Source of the DNA: Candidatus Fermentithermobacillaceae bacterium
Lineage (GTDB): Bacteria > Bacillota > Sulfobacillia > Fermentithermobacillales > Fermentithermobacillaceae
Reading direction: 5' to 3'
DNA: 64,000 nt
NCBI GenBank assembly: GCA_012512325.1
Contig: JAAZEL010000050.1
Location: forward strand, 337 to 64,336
Positions 29,797-40,314 of the stretch are shown here, piece by piece. The first letter of the stretch is position 1, and each line of letters opens with the position of its first letter. The translations under genes were made by a program, and so were the position numbers. Below the pieces are notes generated by a model. It made no database searches. It saw nothing but the letters and a program-made list of their open reading frames with translations, and was not told the DNA's origin.

Positions 29797-29836
29797 AAAT
29801 TTATCACCACAATTCAACTAATGCAATGATAAATTT
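29797..29836. promoter_or_regulatory. 10-bp inverted repeat AAATTTATCA(C)-N18-(G)TGATAAATTT in the divergent hpt / pspC-domain promoter region, next to a TTGACA -35 hexamer; candidate operator
   Basis: Read directly: aaatttatcac at 29797-29807 and gtgataaattt at 29826-29836. TTGACA at 29835-29840. Confidence 0.35.
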
Positions 29837-29994
29837 GACAACAATGAAAGTGTCAAACAATTTAAACATGGTACAATTTCAGCGGTGGGGCGTATTAGAA
29901 TAGTACAGTGCATCTGAAGCCGGGCTGTCGGTAATAACCGGAAGCTTGTTGGGCGCAGTACGATGATGCGGTTACATTTGAGGGGTGAAGGCGT

Positions 29995-30189
29995 GTGTCC
30001 AAGAAACTGTACCGTTCAAGAACGAAAAGGATGGTTTTGGGCGTGTGCGGAGGGCTTGCAGAGTACTTGGATGTAGATGAAACCCTCATCCGTCTGGGGG
30101 TTGCTTTTGTGACCTGCATAACCGCCATCGTACCCGGAGTCTTGTTCTATCTGGCGGCTGCAATCATAATCCCGGAAAACCCTAGCTGA
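29995..30189 (+). CDS. PspC-domain small membrane protein
   Basis: RSRTKRMVLGVCGGLAEYLDVDETLIRLGVAF PspC N-terminal domain followed by one TM. GTG start with GAGGGGTGAAGG Shine-Dalgarno. Confidence 0.8.
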   Translation: MSKKLYRSRTKRMVLGVCGGLAEYLDVDETLIRLGVAFVTCITAIVPGVLFYLAAAIIIPENPS

Positions 30190-30296
30190 TGCAAGCAATG
30201 AAGACAGCAAACACAACGTTTGCCAAAGGCTGCCGGGCGCAAACACCGGCTCTTGAGACCCAGGCGCGATAGCCCACGACAAGGCTGATCCCAGGC

Positions 30297-30575
30297 TCAA
30301 TCCATCAGGAACATGGCTGCAAGAATGCAGGCAAGCATTATTAGGTTCAAGAGACCCAGAAGCTTGGCATCGCGCCCGGTCTTCACAACCCACAGGAGGC
30401 TTCCGAGAAAACAAGCCACATATATGCAACTCAAGACGATGTTGATCTTCCTGTGCTTCCTCCACAGGGCCATCTTCTCCTCCCATGACATCTCATCCCA
30501 TTGAGGAGTCTCCCACACCGGAGGCTTAAGCCGGAGCCATTTTCTCACAACCCCGGTCCATCTGCTGAACTTCAC
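30297..30575 (-). CDS. Small two-TM membrane protein of unknown function
   Basis: Start overlaps the stop of the upstream gene (ATGA). Two hydrophobic helices. Confidence 0.5.
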   Translation of the reverse strand: MKFSRWTGVVRKWLRLKPPVWETPQWDEMSWEEKMALWRKHRKINIVLSCIYVACFLGSLLWVVKTGRDAKLLGLLNLIMLACILAAMFLMD

Positions 30576-31966
30576 CTACGGAATACCTCCAGGTTAGCCT
30601 GAGGTACCGTTATCAGGCTTCCATCATCAAGCCTCACCTTCGCAGCCTCTAGGACAGCCTCGCATTCTACTTCGCCCGGCTCTTCAGGCAAGTCTTCCAC
30701 TGTACCCCACAGCCCGAAATACGGAGGCCTGGTACATCTGACCCTATCCCCGATTTGCAGCGCCGCATATGTTACAGGCGGGACTGAGTTGGTCTCATCT
30801 GAAATCACCGGCGGCTGGGCGGCCGATTCTGACAAACAGGTTTGGATATCCTCACCGGTGTCAATGATGATCTCAGGCCTTATCACCCCTGCCCTGATTT
30901 GGGTGGTGCCATCGATGGAAGCAATCCTCCCGTTGTATCTCTTCAGTATCTCCCAGCTTTCCTGGTTCATAGCTGCCCGGCCGAACCCCTCAAGGATAAC
31001 TACGGTGAAATCCGCATCCTCCTGGCCTGTCAGCCCGGTATTCAGTTCTCTTCCGGCAACATGGACCAGGTCTAGCTGGTTCATGCCTCCGGTGATAAGG
31101 CCAAGGGCGCCCCGTTCCCTCGCCGCCTGGACAGACTCGAGGGATGCGAAAGAGCCTGAGACAAGGATCTTGCCCCTCACCCTCTCATCTATCGTGCCCT
31201 CGTCAAGAGGCAGGTCAGGGCCGTCACACATCATCATGAGCTCCCCTGAGCATTCACCGCCTATACCGAAGACTCCCTGAATATATCCGCCGATGGTTTC
31301 GACCAGCGCTCCGTAATTTGGGATAATCTTGCTTACCCTGCCCCTTACATGAGCGAGCACCTTGGTATGCTTTATGGGCCTTACTATGGTAATAGTACCG
31401 GTAAGGGGACATATCTTTTCCACGACTCCGCTGATGGGAGCACATACAAAATCCGTGCCGTCAAGATCGGCGATTATCTTTCCTTCATACACATAGTCGC
31501 CTTCCCTGACCCTGGTAAACAACCTGAGAAATGCAGGCCTCACGTTCAATCTGGACGCGGCTGCCACTATGGCCGCGGGTTTGGTGGACCGCGGATCTTC
31601 CCTGATTACTACCCGGCCTTGGGTTCTTGAAATATACTCGATCACTCCGTCGCACGGGGAAGTAACCTCTATCACTTCAGACCAGAACCCCTTTTGATAC
31701 CTTGCGATTACTTCTCTGGCCTTCACAATGTCGCCGACTCGTTTGATCATAACCCGATCCACGAGCTCAGGAACCACCGGCTGCCTCAGTTCCGACCTAA
31801 GGTCAATTACATGGGGATTGCCTCTTACATACTCGGCCTTGGCTATCAGGGTATCAGGCGTCACCGCATCCCCTTCCGACACAAGCACTTCTCCGGGAGT
31901 GGGCAATTTCCGTTCCTTACGTATTACCGCTTTTTCCAACACCTTGAGAGTGGAGAGCACGGCCAT
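30572..31966 (-). CDS. Uncharacterised protein with two biotin/lipoyl-like barrel-sandwich-hybrid motifs, about 464 aa. The start is set at MAVLSTLKV; the longer ORF reaching 32164 overlaps the upstream gene.
   Basis: GGAGGTG Shine-Dalgarno before ATG GCC GTG at about 31966, 4 nt after the upstream stop. Motifs GEVLVSEGDAVTPDTLIAKAE and GKIIADLDGTDFVCAPISGVVEKI resemble lipoyl/biotinyl hybrid barrels. No match to a named enzyme. Confidence 0.45.
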   Translation of the reverse strand: MAVLSTLKVLEKAVIRKERKLPTPGEVLVSEGDAVTPDTLIAKAEYVRGNPHVIDLRSELRQPVVPELVDRVMIKRVGDIVKAREVIARYQKGFWSEVIEVTSPCDGVIEYISRTQGRVVIREDPRSTKPAAIVAAASRLNVRPAFLRLFTRVREGDYVYEGKIIADLDGTDFVCAPISGVVEKICPLTGTITIVRPIKHTKVLAHVRGRVSKIIPNYGALVETIGGYIQGVFGIGGECSGELMMMCDGPDLPLDEGTIDERVRGKILVSGSFASLESVQAARERGALGLITGGMNQLDLVHVAGRELNTGLTGQEDADFTVVILEGFGRAAMNQESWEILKRYNGRIASIDGTTQIRAGVIRPEIIIDTGEDIQTCLSESAAQPPVISDETNSVPPVTYAALQIGDRVRCTRPPYFGLWGTVEDLPEEPGEVECEAVLEAAKVRLDDGSLITVPQANLEVFRR

Positions 31967-31970
31967 GGGC

Positions 31971-33770
31971 TTACACCTCCAATCCTTCCAGGATATGGCG
32001 GGGATACGCCCCGAGGGCATCGTACCATCCTGCCACCGTCCGCCTGATGTCAGCTGCATCCCGGGGGAATTCAAGGGGCCGGCCCCGCCCGTCCAGTATG
32101 AGATAGGGACTTCCGGCAGACATCCTACCTGAAACAGGCCTTCCCGCACCGGCCCCCGCGTCAAACTCTCTTCCAGGCACGACTTCGAACACGATTTCGT
32201 CGCCTTCCGAAGCCGGCTTTATCACCTCTAAGACACCTGCCACAACATCGTAAGTATCGCCTCCGGCAGTGACCCTGGCAATAGTCCTGCCCGGAGCAAG
32301 CCTGCGGCCCACCGGCGCAATGCACGTTCCCAGGGGTATCAAGGCCTCCTTCCGGATGATCTCCCCTGCAATACCCCTGTCAATATCGATTAACACGCCC
32401 ACATGGGGCAGCAGAAAGCGGCTGGCTACGTACAAGTCGGTGATCCCCTCAGGCTGGAGTCCGTCCAGAAGCATCATGGCTGCTTGGGCACGCCTGGGCG
32501 CATAGGACAGGGCTCCTCCGGTCCCGACCAGGACCTTGATTTGCATCATGTCTACAAGGGTTTCGCCTGAAGCCGTTTGTTCGAAGACATCCCCTGCCCC
32601 GCGCTGCTGCCTCACCCCTTTGAGGCCACGTATGAGCCCCTTGTGGTGTTCCAGGGAAAGCCTCAAGGCCTCCTTACAGACCGCTTGCTCCAGTACGAGT
32701 TCATGGAAGGTATGGGGCAATCCCGTAGGCCTTATCATCTTGTTGAAGTTCCAGTTCCTCACTATGTTCTCGTCGGCCTCAAAAGGGAGCCACCTCAACA
32801 CCATGTCGGGAGTGGCCTCGGCAAGCACATTGCCCATACTGTACGACATCCCCAGGTTGGCCGACACGGTCCTGTAGAACCGGTTGTCTATCACTGAAAA
32901 CACGTCGGTAGTAGCTCCGCCTACATCAACGGCCAGAATGTCGCCGTCAAGTTGTTCAGCCATGAAACGCAAGGCGTCGCCCACTGCGACAGGGGTGGGT
33001 TTAACATGTCCTTCAGCCCAGGAAACAAGGGTATGGTAACCTGGTGCATGCATCATCACATGTTCCAGGAAAAGATCGTGGATCCGGTGCCTGGCAGGTT
33101 CAAGCACTTCTTTTTCAAGCACCGGCCTTATATTGTCAGCAAAAGAAAGCTCCATTTCGTCCCTGAATACTTGCTCCACAAAACTCCTAGCCTCCACATT
33201 ACCTGCAAAGATAACCGGCGTTTTGAAATCCTGGCCGAAGCGTGGCTCTGGGTTTGCCATGGCCACCATCTCCGCTATGGCGGCGACTTCAGAGATGTTC
33301 CCCCCGTCAGTTCCCCCTGTGATCAACACCATATCCGGCCGTGCCCGTTTGATGGCATCGATCTTTTCAAGTACGCCGCGGGGGTCGTCCAGGGCGATCA
33401 AATCTGATACTATGGCGCCGGCTCCCAAGGCCGCCCTGTGAGCCGATTCAGCGGTGATCTCTTTCATGAGACCGGTAACGACCACTTGCAGGCCGCCGCC
33501 TGCGCTTGATGTAGTTACAAATATGTCAACGCCTGAACCGTCGCCTGCAGGTGTGATTAGCCTGGAGCCCTCCATAAGCTTTATGCCTGTTTGTGCTTCC
33601 AACTTAGATAAGGCCCGCCTCAGCCCTACCATTACATCCAGATAAGGGGATTCCACCGTTGTGGGAGACACTGTCTTCCCCTTCATCACCCAAGTCCCGT
33701 CTTGCCTTTCAAACACGACCGCCTTTGTGGTCGTGCTACCTATGTCTGCCGCAAGAAGCCGCCGATACAC
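31971..33770 (-). CDS. MutL-like (glutamate mutase L family, ASKHA fold) protein with a C-terminal extension; a paralog of the gene at 56039..57448
   Basis: N-terminal DIGSTTTKAVVF phosphate-1-like motif. Second ASKHA lobe (VDVGGATTDVFSV). Same motifs as the oraE-adjacent paralog. Confidence 0.6.
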   Translation of the reverse strand: MYRRLLAADIGSTTTKAVVFERQDGTWVMKGKTVSPTTVESPYLDVMVGLRRALSKLEAQTGIKLMEGSRLITPAGDGSGVDIFVTTSSAGGGLQVVVTGLMKEITAESAHRAALGAGAIVSDLIALDDPRGVLEKIDAIKRARPDMVLITGGTDGGNISEVAAIAEMVAMANPEPRFGQDFKTPVIFAGNVEARSFVEQVFRDEMELSFADNIRPVLEKEVLEPARHRIHDLFLEHVMMHAPGYHTLVSWAEGHVKPTPVAVGDALRFMAEQLDGDILAVDVGGATTDVFSVIDNRFYRTVSANLGMSYSMGNVLAEATPDMVLRWLPFEADENIVRNWNFNKMIRPTGLPHTFHELVLEQAVCKEALRLSLEHHKGLIRGLKGVRQQRGAGDVFEQTASGETLVDMMQIKVLVGTGGALSYAPRRAQAAMMLLDGLQPEGITDLYVASRFLLPHVGVLIDIDRGIAGEIIRKEALIPLGTCIAPVGRRLAPGRTIARVTAGGDTYDVVAGVLEVIKPASEGDEIVFEVVPGREFDAGAGAGRPVSGRMSAGSPYLILDGRGRPLEFPRDAADIRRTVAGWYDALGAYPRHILEGLEV

Positions 33771-34032
33771 ATTTATCCCCCCTTGAGCCGGACTCCAAGA
33801 GCTGGCTTCGGTGGCCTGGAACGTAGATGAGTAGCTGCATTGAGGTTAGACTTCAGGTCATGTTTCTACGCTGTTGACAAAACTCCTCTTTGTCCGAAAA
33901 AGGCAATATCCATTATATTAAGACGAGACCGTATCAGAATTGAGAACCCATTGGCCGCCTGAGTTCATCCGGCTCAGACAGGTTGTCACATAATTGCGGT
34001 GATGGTAGACTCTAAAAAACTTCCGAATTTGA

Positions 34033-35517
<1,485 letters not shown>

Positions 35518-35550
35518 GAAGGCGGCGTAATCTGCTCATACGTGCGATTT

Positions 35551-36828
35551 TCAGATGTCCGGCAGGCAGTCAACGCCTTCCGTGTAAACGTTGGCCGGAT
35601 TCCACAGCATGTACGTGTGGATGCCATGTTCAAACACGGCGTTGATCTGGTCCTGGACCTCTTTAGGGCCGTACCTGTACCTCATTGAGAAGTCTTGGAG
35701 CCATGGACGGACCTTGGCCCTGAGTCCCTCCGTGCGGGTCAGCGCTTCTTCCATGGCCTTGTACACAACCTCATACGGGTGCTTCTCGGGAACCTCAAAT
35801 CCGTAGATCCCCGGGTTGTAGTAGTGGGACGGGTACACCATGGGGGATATGAAATCCACCAAGTCTGCAAGCTGTTCCAAACGCTGCCCGATGCCCATGT
35901 CGTCTTGGGCAATGGTCACAAAGCCAAACACGTCGGCGCTCAGATAGGCCTTGTTCTCCAACGCTTCTCCTACATACTCGAGAAATGCAGCTATGGCATC
36001 GCCCCTTGATTCATACTCGTCGTGTCCGGGCATGAGCACGCCCTTCTTTTCCACTCCCTGGGCGCTGTCAGGGAATCTCACGTAGTCCAGCTGGATCTCG
36101 CGGAAACCCATGTCTGCTGCCCACAGACAAACATCCTTGACGAATTCCCAGTTCCGCTTGTCATAGGGATTGAGCCAGAGCCGGCCGTCCCTATCCCTCC
36201 ACAATGAACCGTCAGCGTTCCTAATGGCTTGCTCAGGGAATGCCGCCGCCATGTAGGGATCCTGGAAGGCGACGATCCTTGCTATTAAGTAGTAACCTTC
36301 TTGTTTCAGCACATTCACAAGGGCCCGGAAATGGGTGTAAGAGCCGGCTTTGGAGGGGATACCCGGCGCTTCAGTCGGGATCCTGCCATTGTTGTCTTTA
36401 ACGTCGACTACCAGGCAATTGAGTCCGGGATTGCTGCGCACAAACGTGATAACGTCAGTAAACAACGAAGGCGTGCCAAACACGTCCATGGCCACATACA
36501 GCCCTCTGGCAGACAGAGCCTGCTCCATAGGGGCGAGCGCCGTCTGCTCCCCTGCACCTGAATCTTGGCCTTCGAGGCCTTGACCCTCTTCGACTTGGCC
36601 TTCCTGTACCCCGCCGATCCCACCTTCATCAAGCCCGCCTTGGCCTGTCCCCTCCCCAGGCACTTGAGGCCCGGCGGTTTCCCACGGCACTGGCAACACC
36701 TCGAAATGATACGCAGTAATCAGACCGGTGGCAAAAATTAGCAAGGCCGCTGTTACCCAGACATGGGTGTCCCTTGCCTTTCTTTGGCGCTTCAGAGAAC
36801 GCCTGGGCTCAAAGCTCGTTTCCCCCAT
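35551..36828 (-). CDS. Membrane-anchored putative glycoside-hydrolase-like protein (GHL/DUF4015-type TIM barrel) with a Gly/Glu/Gln-rich linker
   Basis: N-terminal TM, then a low-complexity GEGTGQGGLDEGGIGGVQEGQVEEGQGLEGQ linker, then a domain resembling YngK-type hypothetical glycosidases. Assignment by recall only. Confidence 0.4.
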   Translation of the reverse strand: MGETSFEPRRSLKRQRKARDTHVWVTAALLIFATGLITAYHFEVLPVPWETAGPQVPGEGTGQGGLDEGGIGGVQEGQVEEGQGLEGQDSGAGEQTALAPMEQALSARGLYVAMDVFGTPSLFTDVITFVRSNPGLNCLVVDVKDNNGRIPTEAPGIPSKAGSYTHFRALVNVLKQEGYYLIARIVAFQDPYMAAAFPEQAIRNADGSLWRDRDGRLWLNPYDKRNWEFVKDVCLWAADMGFREIQLDYVRFPDSAQGVEKKGVLMPGHDEYESRGDAIAAFLEYVGEALENKAYLSADVFGFVTIAQDDMGIGQRLEQLADLVDFISPMVYPSHYYNPGIYGFEVPEKHPYEVVYKAMEEALTRTEGLRAKVRPWLQDFSMRYRYGPKEVQDQINAVFEHGIHTYMLWNPANVYTEGVDCLPDI

Positions 36829-36940
36829 GAAAATTCTCCCATCTATTTGCCTGCTAGATAGCCAAGTTCACTTCCCTGCTCATTTCTTGATAGACGCCAA
36901 GAACCCTTCCCGGGTTTCGGGTTCCGAACTTCATTCTGTG

Positions 36941-37414
36941 TTATTTGGGCTTAACTTGTCTCAAGGCGACGCTGATTTCAAGGTATCCCAAGGGCATTTC
37001 CAGGGGGATTATGAGCCTTTGGATGTCCAATGTGGAAATCACCACGCCTGCGCCCGACACCAGCGTGGGGGGAGACAGCTTGCATACGTAGCCGCATTCC
37101 TCCAACCCTATGGCCGCACGGCCTGTGATGATGTTCCCCATTTCCGCAATTGCCGATTCGGCCAACTCGTCAAACATAGGCACAGGTTCGCCTATCATTG
37201 CCGAGGCCATGGCCTTGGCCGTACGTTCGGCCATGGAATAAATCACAATACCCTCTGCGTCTCCCGTAACACCTATGGCCACGCTAACCTCTCCCGATGT
37301 TGAACGGGATGCTTCCAAACGCAACTGGCCGCGGTTAACCTCGGTGTTAAGCTCTTGCTTAAGGAAGGTCAAAGCAGACTCCAGGAACGGGTTTACCAAA
37401 GCTGCCCTAAACAT
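36941..37414 (-). CDS. cheX: CheX/CheC-family CheY-P phosphatase
   Basis: About 155 aa with a CheX-like fold signature (EMGNIITG). Last gene of the che operon. Confidence 0.7.
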   Translation of the reverse strand: MFRAALVNPFLESALTFLKQELNTEVNRGQLRLEASRSTSGEVSVAIGVTGDAEGIVIYSMAERTAKAMASAMIGEPVPMFDELAESAIAEMGNIITGRAAIGLEECGYVCKLSPPTLVSGAGVVISTLDIQRLIIPLEMPLGYLEISVALRQVKPK

Positions 37415-37480
37415 GCCATCTCTCCTTTCTCAACTGTTGCACCGGCTGAAGGAGCACGGACCGTGCCTAAGCCGTCCCAA

Positions 37481-38293
37481 TCAAGGCATGCGCCTGTAGA
37501 AAAACGGGAAAATCTGTGTAAGCCCATAATGCTGGGGGTTGAATATGGCTTCCGTTGCCCCCATGAACAATACCCCTCCCGACCTCAAGGAAGCCGCCAA
37601 CCGCGTCAATACGTCCTGCTTGCTCCGTTCTGAAAAGTAGATAAGTACGTTCCGGCATATGATAAGGTCCATGTTGCCGGGATACTCCGAGGCCAGAAGG
37701 TCATGCCGCCGGAAACTCACCATCCGCTTGATGGTATCAGCCACTACGTACAAGTCATCTGTCTTCCGGAAATACTTGTCCAGAAGTTTCTTGGGAACGC
37801 TCTTGACTTCGGACGCAGTATACCTACCTGCCCTGGCCTTGCTCAGACTGGTCTCATCGATGTCCGTCCCGAGCGCGAATACGCCATGGAGCGACCGTTC
37901 AGCGAACACCATCGCAGCCGAATACGCTTCCTGGCCTGCAGCTGAGCCTGCGCTCCACACCCTCATGCGCCATTTGGCTGAGTCAGCCAGGAGCGGCAGT
38001 ACCTGCCCCGCAAGCACGTCCCATTGTTCCCGGTTCCTGAAGAACTCAGACACGTTGATGGTCAGGTATTCAGCCAGCCGTGCAACTTCCTCAGGATCTC
38101 GCTGCAGGCGCATGGCAAAGGTGGCAAAATCGGGTATGTTGCGGCGCTTCATGTAATTGGCCAGCCGGCGGTACATTTGCTTACCTTTGTAGTTCTGCAG
38201 GTTGATGCCTGTGAGTTCAGCCGCCTTGGCACAGAAGTACGAGTAATCCGCGCCAAATGGATGAGATTCCGTTGTGTTTACCGAATCCGACAT
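37481..38293 (-). CDS. cheR: Chemotaxis protein methyltransferase
   Basis: CheR N-terminal helical domain plus SAM-binding domain (VWSAGSAAGQEAYS). Confidence 0.9.
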   Translation of the reverse strand: MSDSVNTTESHPFGADYSYFCAKAAELTGINLQNYKGKQMYRRLANYMKRRNIPDFATFAMRLQRDPEEVARLAEYLTINVSEFFRNREQWDVLAGQVLPLLADSAKWRMRVWSAGSAAGQEAYSAAMVFAERSLHGVFALGTDIDETSLSKARAGRYTASEVKSVPKKLLDKYFRKTDDLYVVADTIKRMVSFRRHDLLASEYPGNMDLIICRNVLIYFSERSKQDVLTRLAASLRSGGVLFMGATEAIFNPQHYGLTQIFPFFYRRMP

Positions 38294-38315
38294 AACCGTC
38301 CGCTCCCCCGTCGTG

Positions 38316-39404
38316 TTAACGATTGGTGCAAAACTCTTCTACGGCACTTGCTATATCGTCCAAAGGCACCAGCTCTTCGCACCCACCTGCTTCGTAGCAA
38401 GCTTTGGGCATCCCCCATATGACTGAAGTCTCCTGGTTCTGGCATATAACTCTGGCTCCCGCCTTTCTGGCCGCCCACGCTCCCTTGGCGCCGTCAAATC
38501 CCATACCCGTAAGGATGACTACCATGAGGTTGGCCTTAAACAGGGATCCGGCGTCAAAAAGGGTTACGTCCACGGAAGGCTTTACACCGTGCACCGCGTT
38601 GCCTTCATCGAGGTAAACATAGTAAACCCCATGCCCATTCCCGGACGACTTGTCGACCCTCAGGTGATATCCGCCTGGAGCAACAAGGGCCACTCCGGGC
38701 TCGAGTACATCTTCGTCAGCGGCTTCCCGCACTTCAAGCGCGGAAAGCATGTCCAGGCGCTTGGCCAAGGATGCAGTGAAACCTCTTGGCATATGTTGGC
38801 AGATTATGATGGCAGCAGGCAGATCCGCCGGCAGGTTAGGGATGATTTCCTCAAGAGCTTGGGGGCCTCCTGTGGAAGAACCTATGACCACCAGCGTATT
38901 TACAGGCGCCTTGCCGTTGGAAACCCTGAGTTTCTTGCCCCTTTCGGTTTCATGCCGGTATCTGAGTTCTTGTACCCGCAGCCTTGCCCGCGACGCTTGA
39001 ACCACTTTTTCGCATAACTCCCTCGCCACCAGGGGGACCAGGCCACGGGACACGGGTTTGGGCACGAAGTCAACGGCACCCATGGACAGAGCTTCCATGG
39101 TGATCTTGGAGCCCCGCTGGGTCAGGGACGAAAACATTACCACGGGCAGGGGCCGTTTCATCATTGTGTCCCTCAGGACGGACAGGCCATCCATCTTGGG
39201 CATTTCAATATCCAGCACCATGACATCAGGGTTAAGGGAGATACACTTGGCCACGGCCTCTACGCCGTCCTTAGCCTCATCTATCACCGTTATCCCGGGA
39301 TGACTCTCCAGCATCCGCCTGAGCATGCGCCTCATGTAAAGAGAGTCGTCCACGATCAGCACCCTGATCTTGTTGTGCGGTTCCCCGTATCTCACTGTCC
39401 GCAT
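38316..39404 (-). CDS. cheB: Chemotaxis response regulator protein-glutamate methylesterase
   Basis: REC domain (VLIVDDS...DIEMP) plus CheB methylesterase domain. Confidence 0.9.
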   Translation of the reverse strand: MRTVRYGEPHNKIRVLIVDDSLYMRRMLRRMLESHPGITVIDEAKDGVEAVAKCISLNPDVMVLDIEMPKMDGLSVLRDTMMKRPLPVVMFSSLTQRGSKITMEALSMGAVDFVPKPVSRGLVPLVARELCEKVVQASRARLRVQELRYRHETERGKKLRVSNGKAPVNTLVVIGSSTGGPQALEEIIPNLPADLPAAIIICQHMPRGFTASLAKRLDMLSALEVREAADEDVLEPGVALVAPGGYHLRVDKSSGNGHGVYYVYLDEGNAVHGVKPSVDVTLFDAGSLFKANLMVVILTGMGFDGAKGAWAARKAGARVICQNQETSVIWGMPKACYEAGGCEELVPLDDIASAVEEFCTNR

Positions 39405-39751
39405 TGCTTCTTCACTGCTTCCAGAAGCCTGTCAGGGTCGAAGGGCTTGACCAGGAAATCCTTGGCCCCCGCCTTGATAGCCTCTAAGACCATGCTCTTC
39501 TGTCCCAGGGCCGTCACCATTACCACCCTTGCATTGGGGTCTCCAGCTTTCATCTGCTTCAGAGCTTCGATCCCATCCAGCACGGGCATGGTAATGTCCA
39601 TCAGGACGACGTCAGGCTTCTCTTCGAAGTACCGCTTGACAGCCTCTTCACCGTTGGACGCTTCGATAACCTCGTAACCGTTGGCGGCCAAGAGCTTGGA
39701 GGTCCTGTTCCGCATAAACATGGCATCATCTGCAACCAAAACCTTCGCCAT
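39392..39751 (-). CDS. cheY: Chemotaxis response regulator CheY. Start taken at MAKVLVADD.
   Basis: Stand-alone 120-aa REC domain with the DD...D...T...K signature. Confidence 0.9.
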   Translation of the reverse strand: MAKVLVADDAMFMRNRTSKLLAANGYEVIEASNGEEAVKRYFEEKPDVVLMDITMPVLDGIEALKQMKAGDPNARVVMVTALGQKSMVLEAIKAGAKDFLVKPFDPDRLLEAVKKQCGQ

Positions 39752-39768
39752 CAATATCCACTCCTTGG

Positions 39769-40314
39769 TCAAATCTCCGCGGCAACCTCATCGGTTGAAA
39801 CCGTCACCTTTCCGGAACTTATGTAAAGCCGCATTGTCCGGCTGTAATTTCCGCCCAAGTGCTCACCGGCGACACGAATGCCCTCTTTTCTCAAGGCTTC
39901 CCGGACTGCCCGCACGTTCATGGCCCCTATGTCCCCCACGGGAGAAACCAGGCTTGGGATCACGTTGGCCCCGCCGGCAATCCACGCTCGGAGGTTTTCT
40001 TTCTTGCACCCCATGTCCAGCAAACCCGATATCAGGCATGGAATGGCCGTCTCTCCGTACTTGCCCAGGGGTTCGTCAGTATCCCGCAACTTGTGGGGCA
40101 AGAACACATGGGCCATCCCCCCTGCCCTGCATTCAGGATCCCACAGGGCCACTGCCACACATGAACCGAGGGAATAGGCAACAAGCACTGCTTCATCGTC
40201 TTTTGAGAACTTGACTTCACAGAACCCTACCGGGACCAGGTTCATATCCATCCCCTTTCCGTATGTCCGGGACCTGTGCCGCCCTTTACCGCCACAGCAA
40301 GGTATTGGTGTCAA
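39769..40314 (-). CDS. cheD: Chemoreceptor glutamine deamidase CheD. The real start is probably the internal Met near 40251.
   Basis: CheD fold with the conserved SLGSCVAV cysteine motif. Confidence 0.85.
   Translation of the reverse strand: MTPIPCCGGKGRHRSRTYGKGMDMNLVPVGFCEVKFSKDDEAVLVAYSLGSCVAVALWDPECRAGGMAHVFLPHKLRDTDEPLGKYGETAIPCLISGLLDMGCKKENLRAWIAGGANVIPSLVSPVGDIGAMNVRAVREALRKEGIRVAGEHLGGNYSRTMRLYISSGKVTVSTDEVAAEI

Noticed and set aside
29747-29994. Expected guanine/purine riboswitch ahead of hpt-pbuG-pur genes
   Set aside because: Read on both strands. The conserved purine-aptamer elements (P2/P3 loops with UAUGG, ACUAUG, CCGUAAAU context) are not present. An inverted repeat is found instead.
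30016-30486. 156-aa minus-strand ORF overlapping the pspC-domain gene and the small membrane protein gene
   Set aside because: It sits in a different frame from the translationally coupled 30297..30575 gene and has unremarkable composition. Likely spurious.
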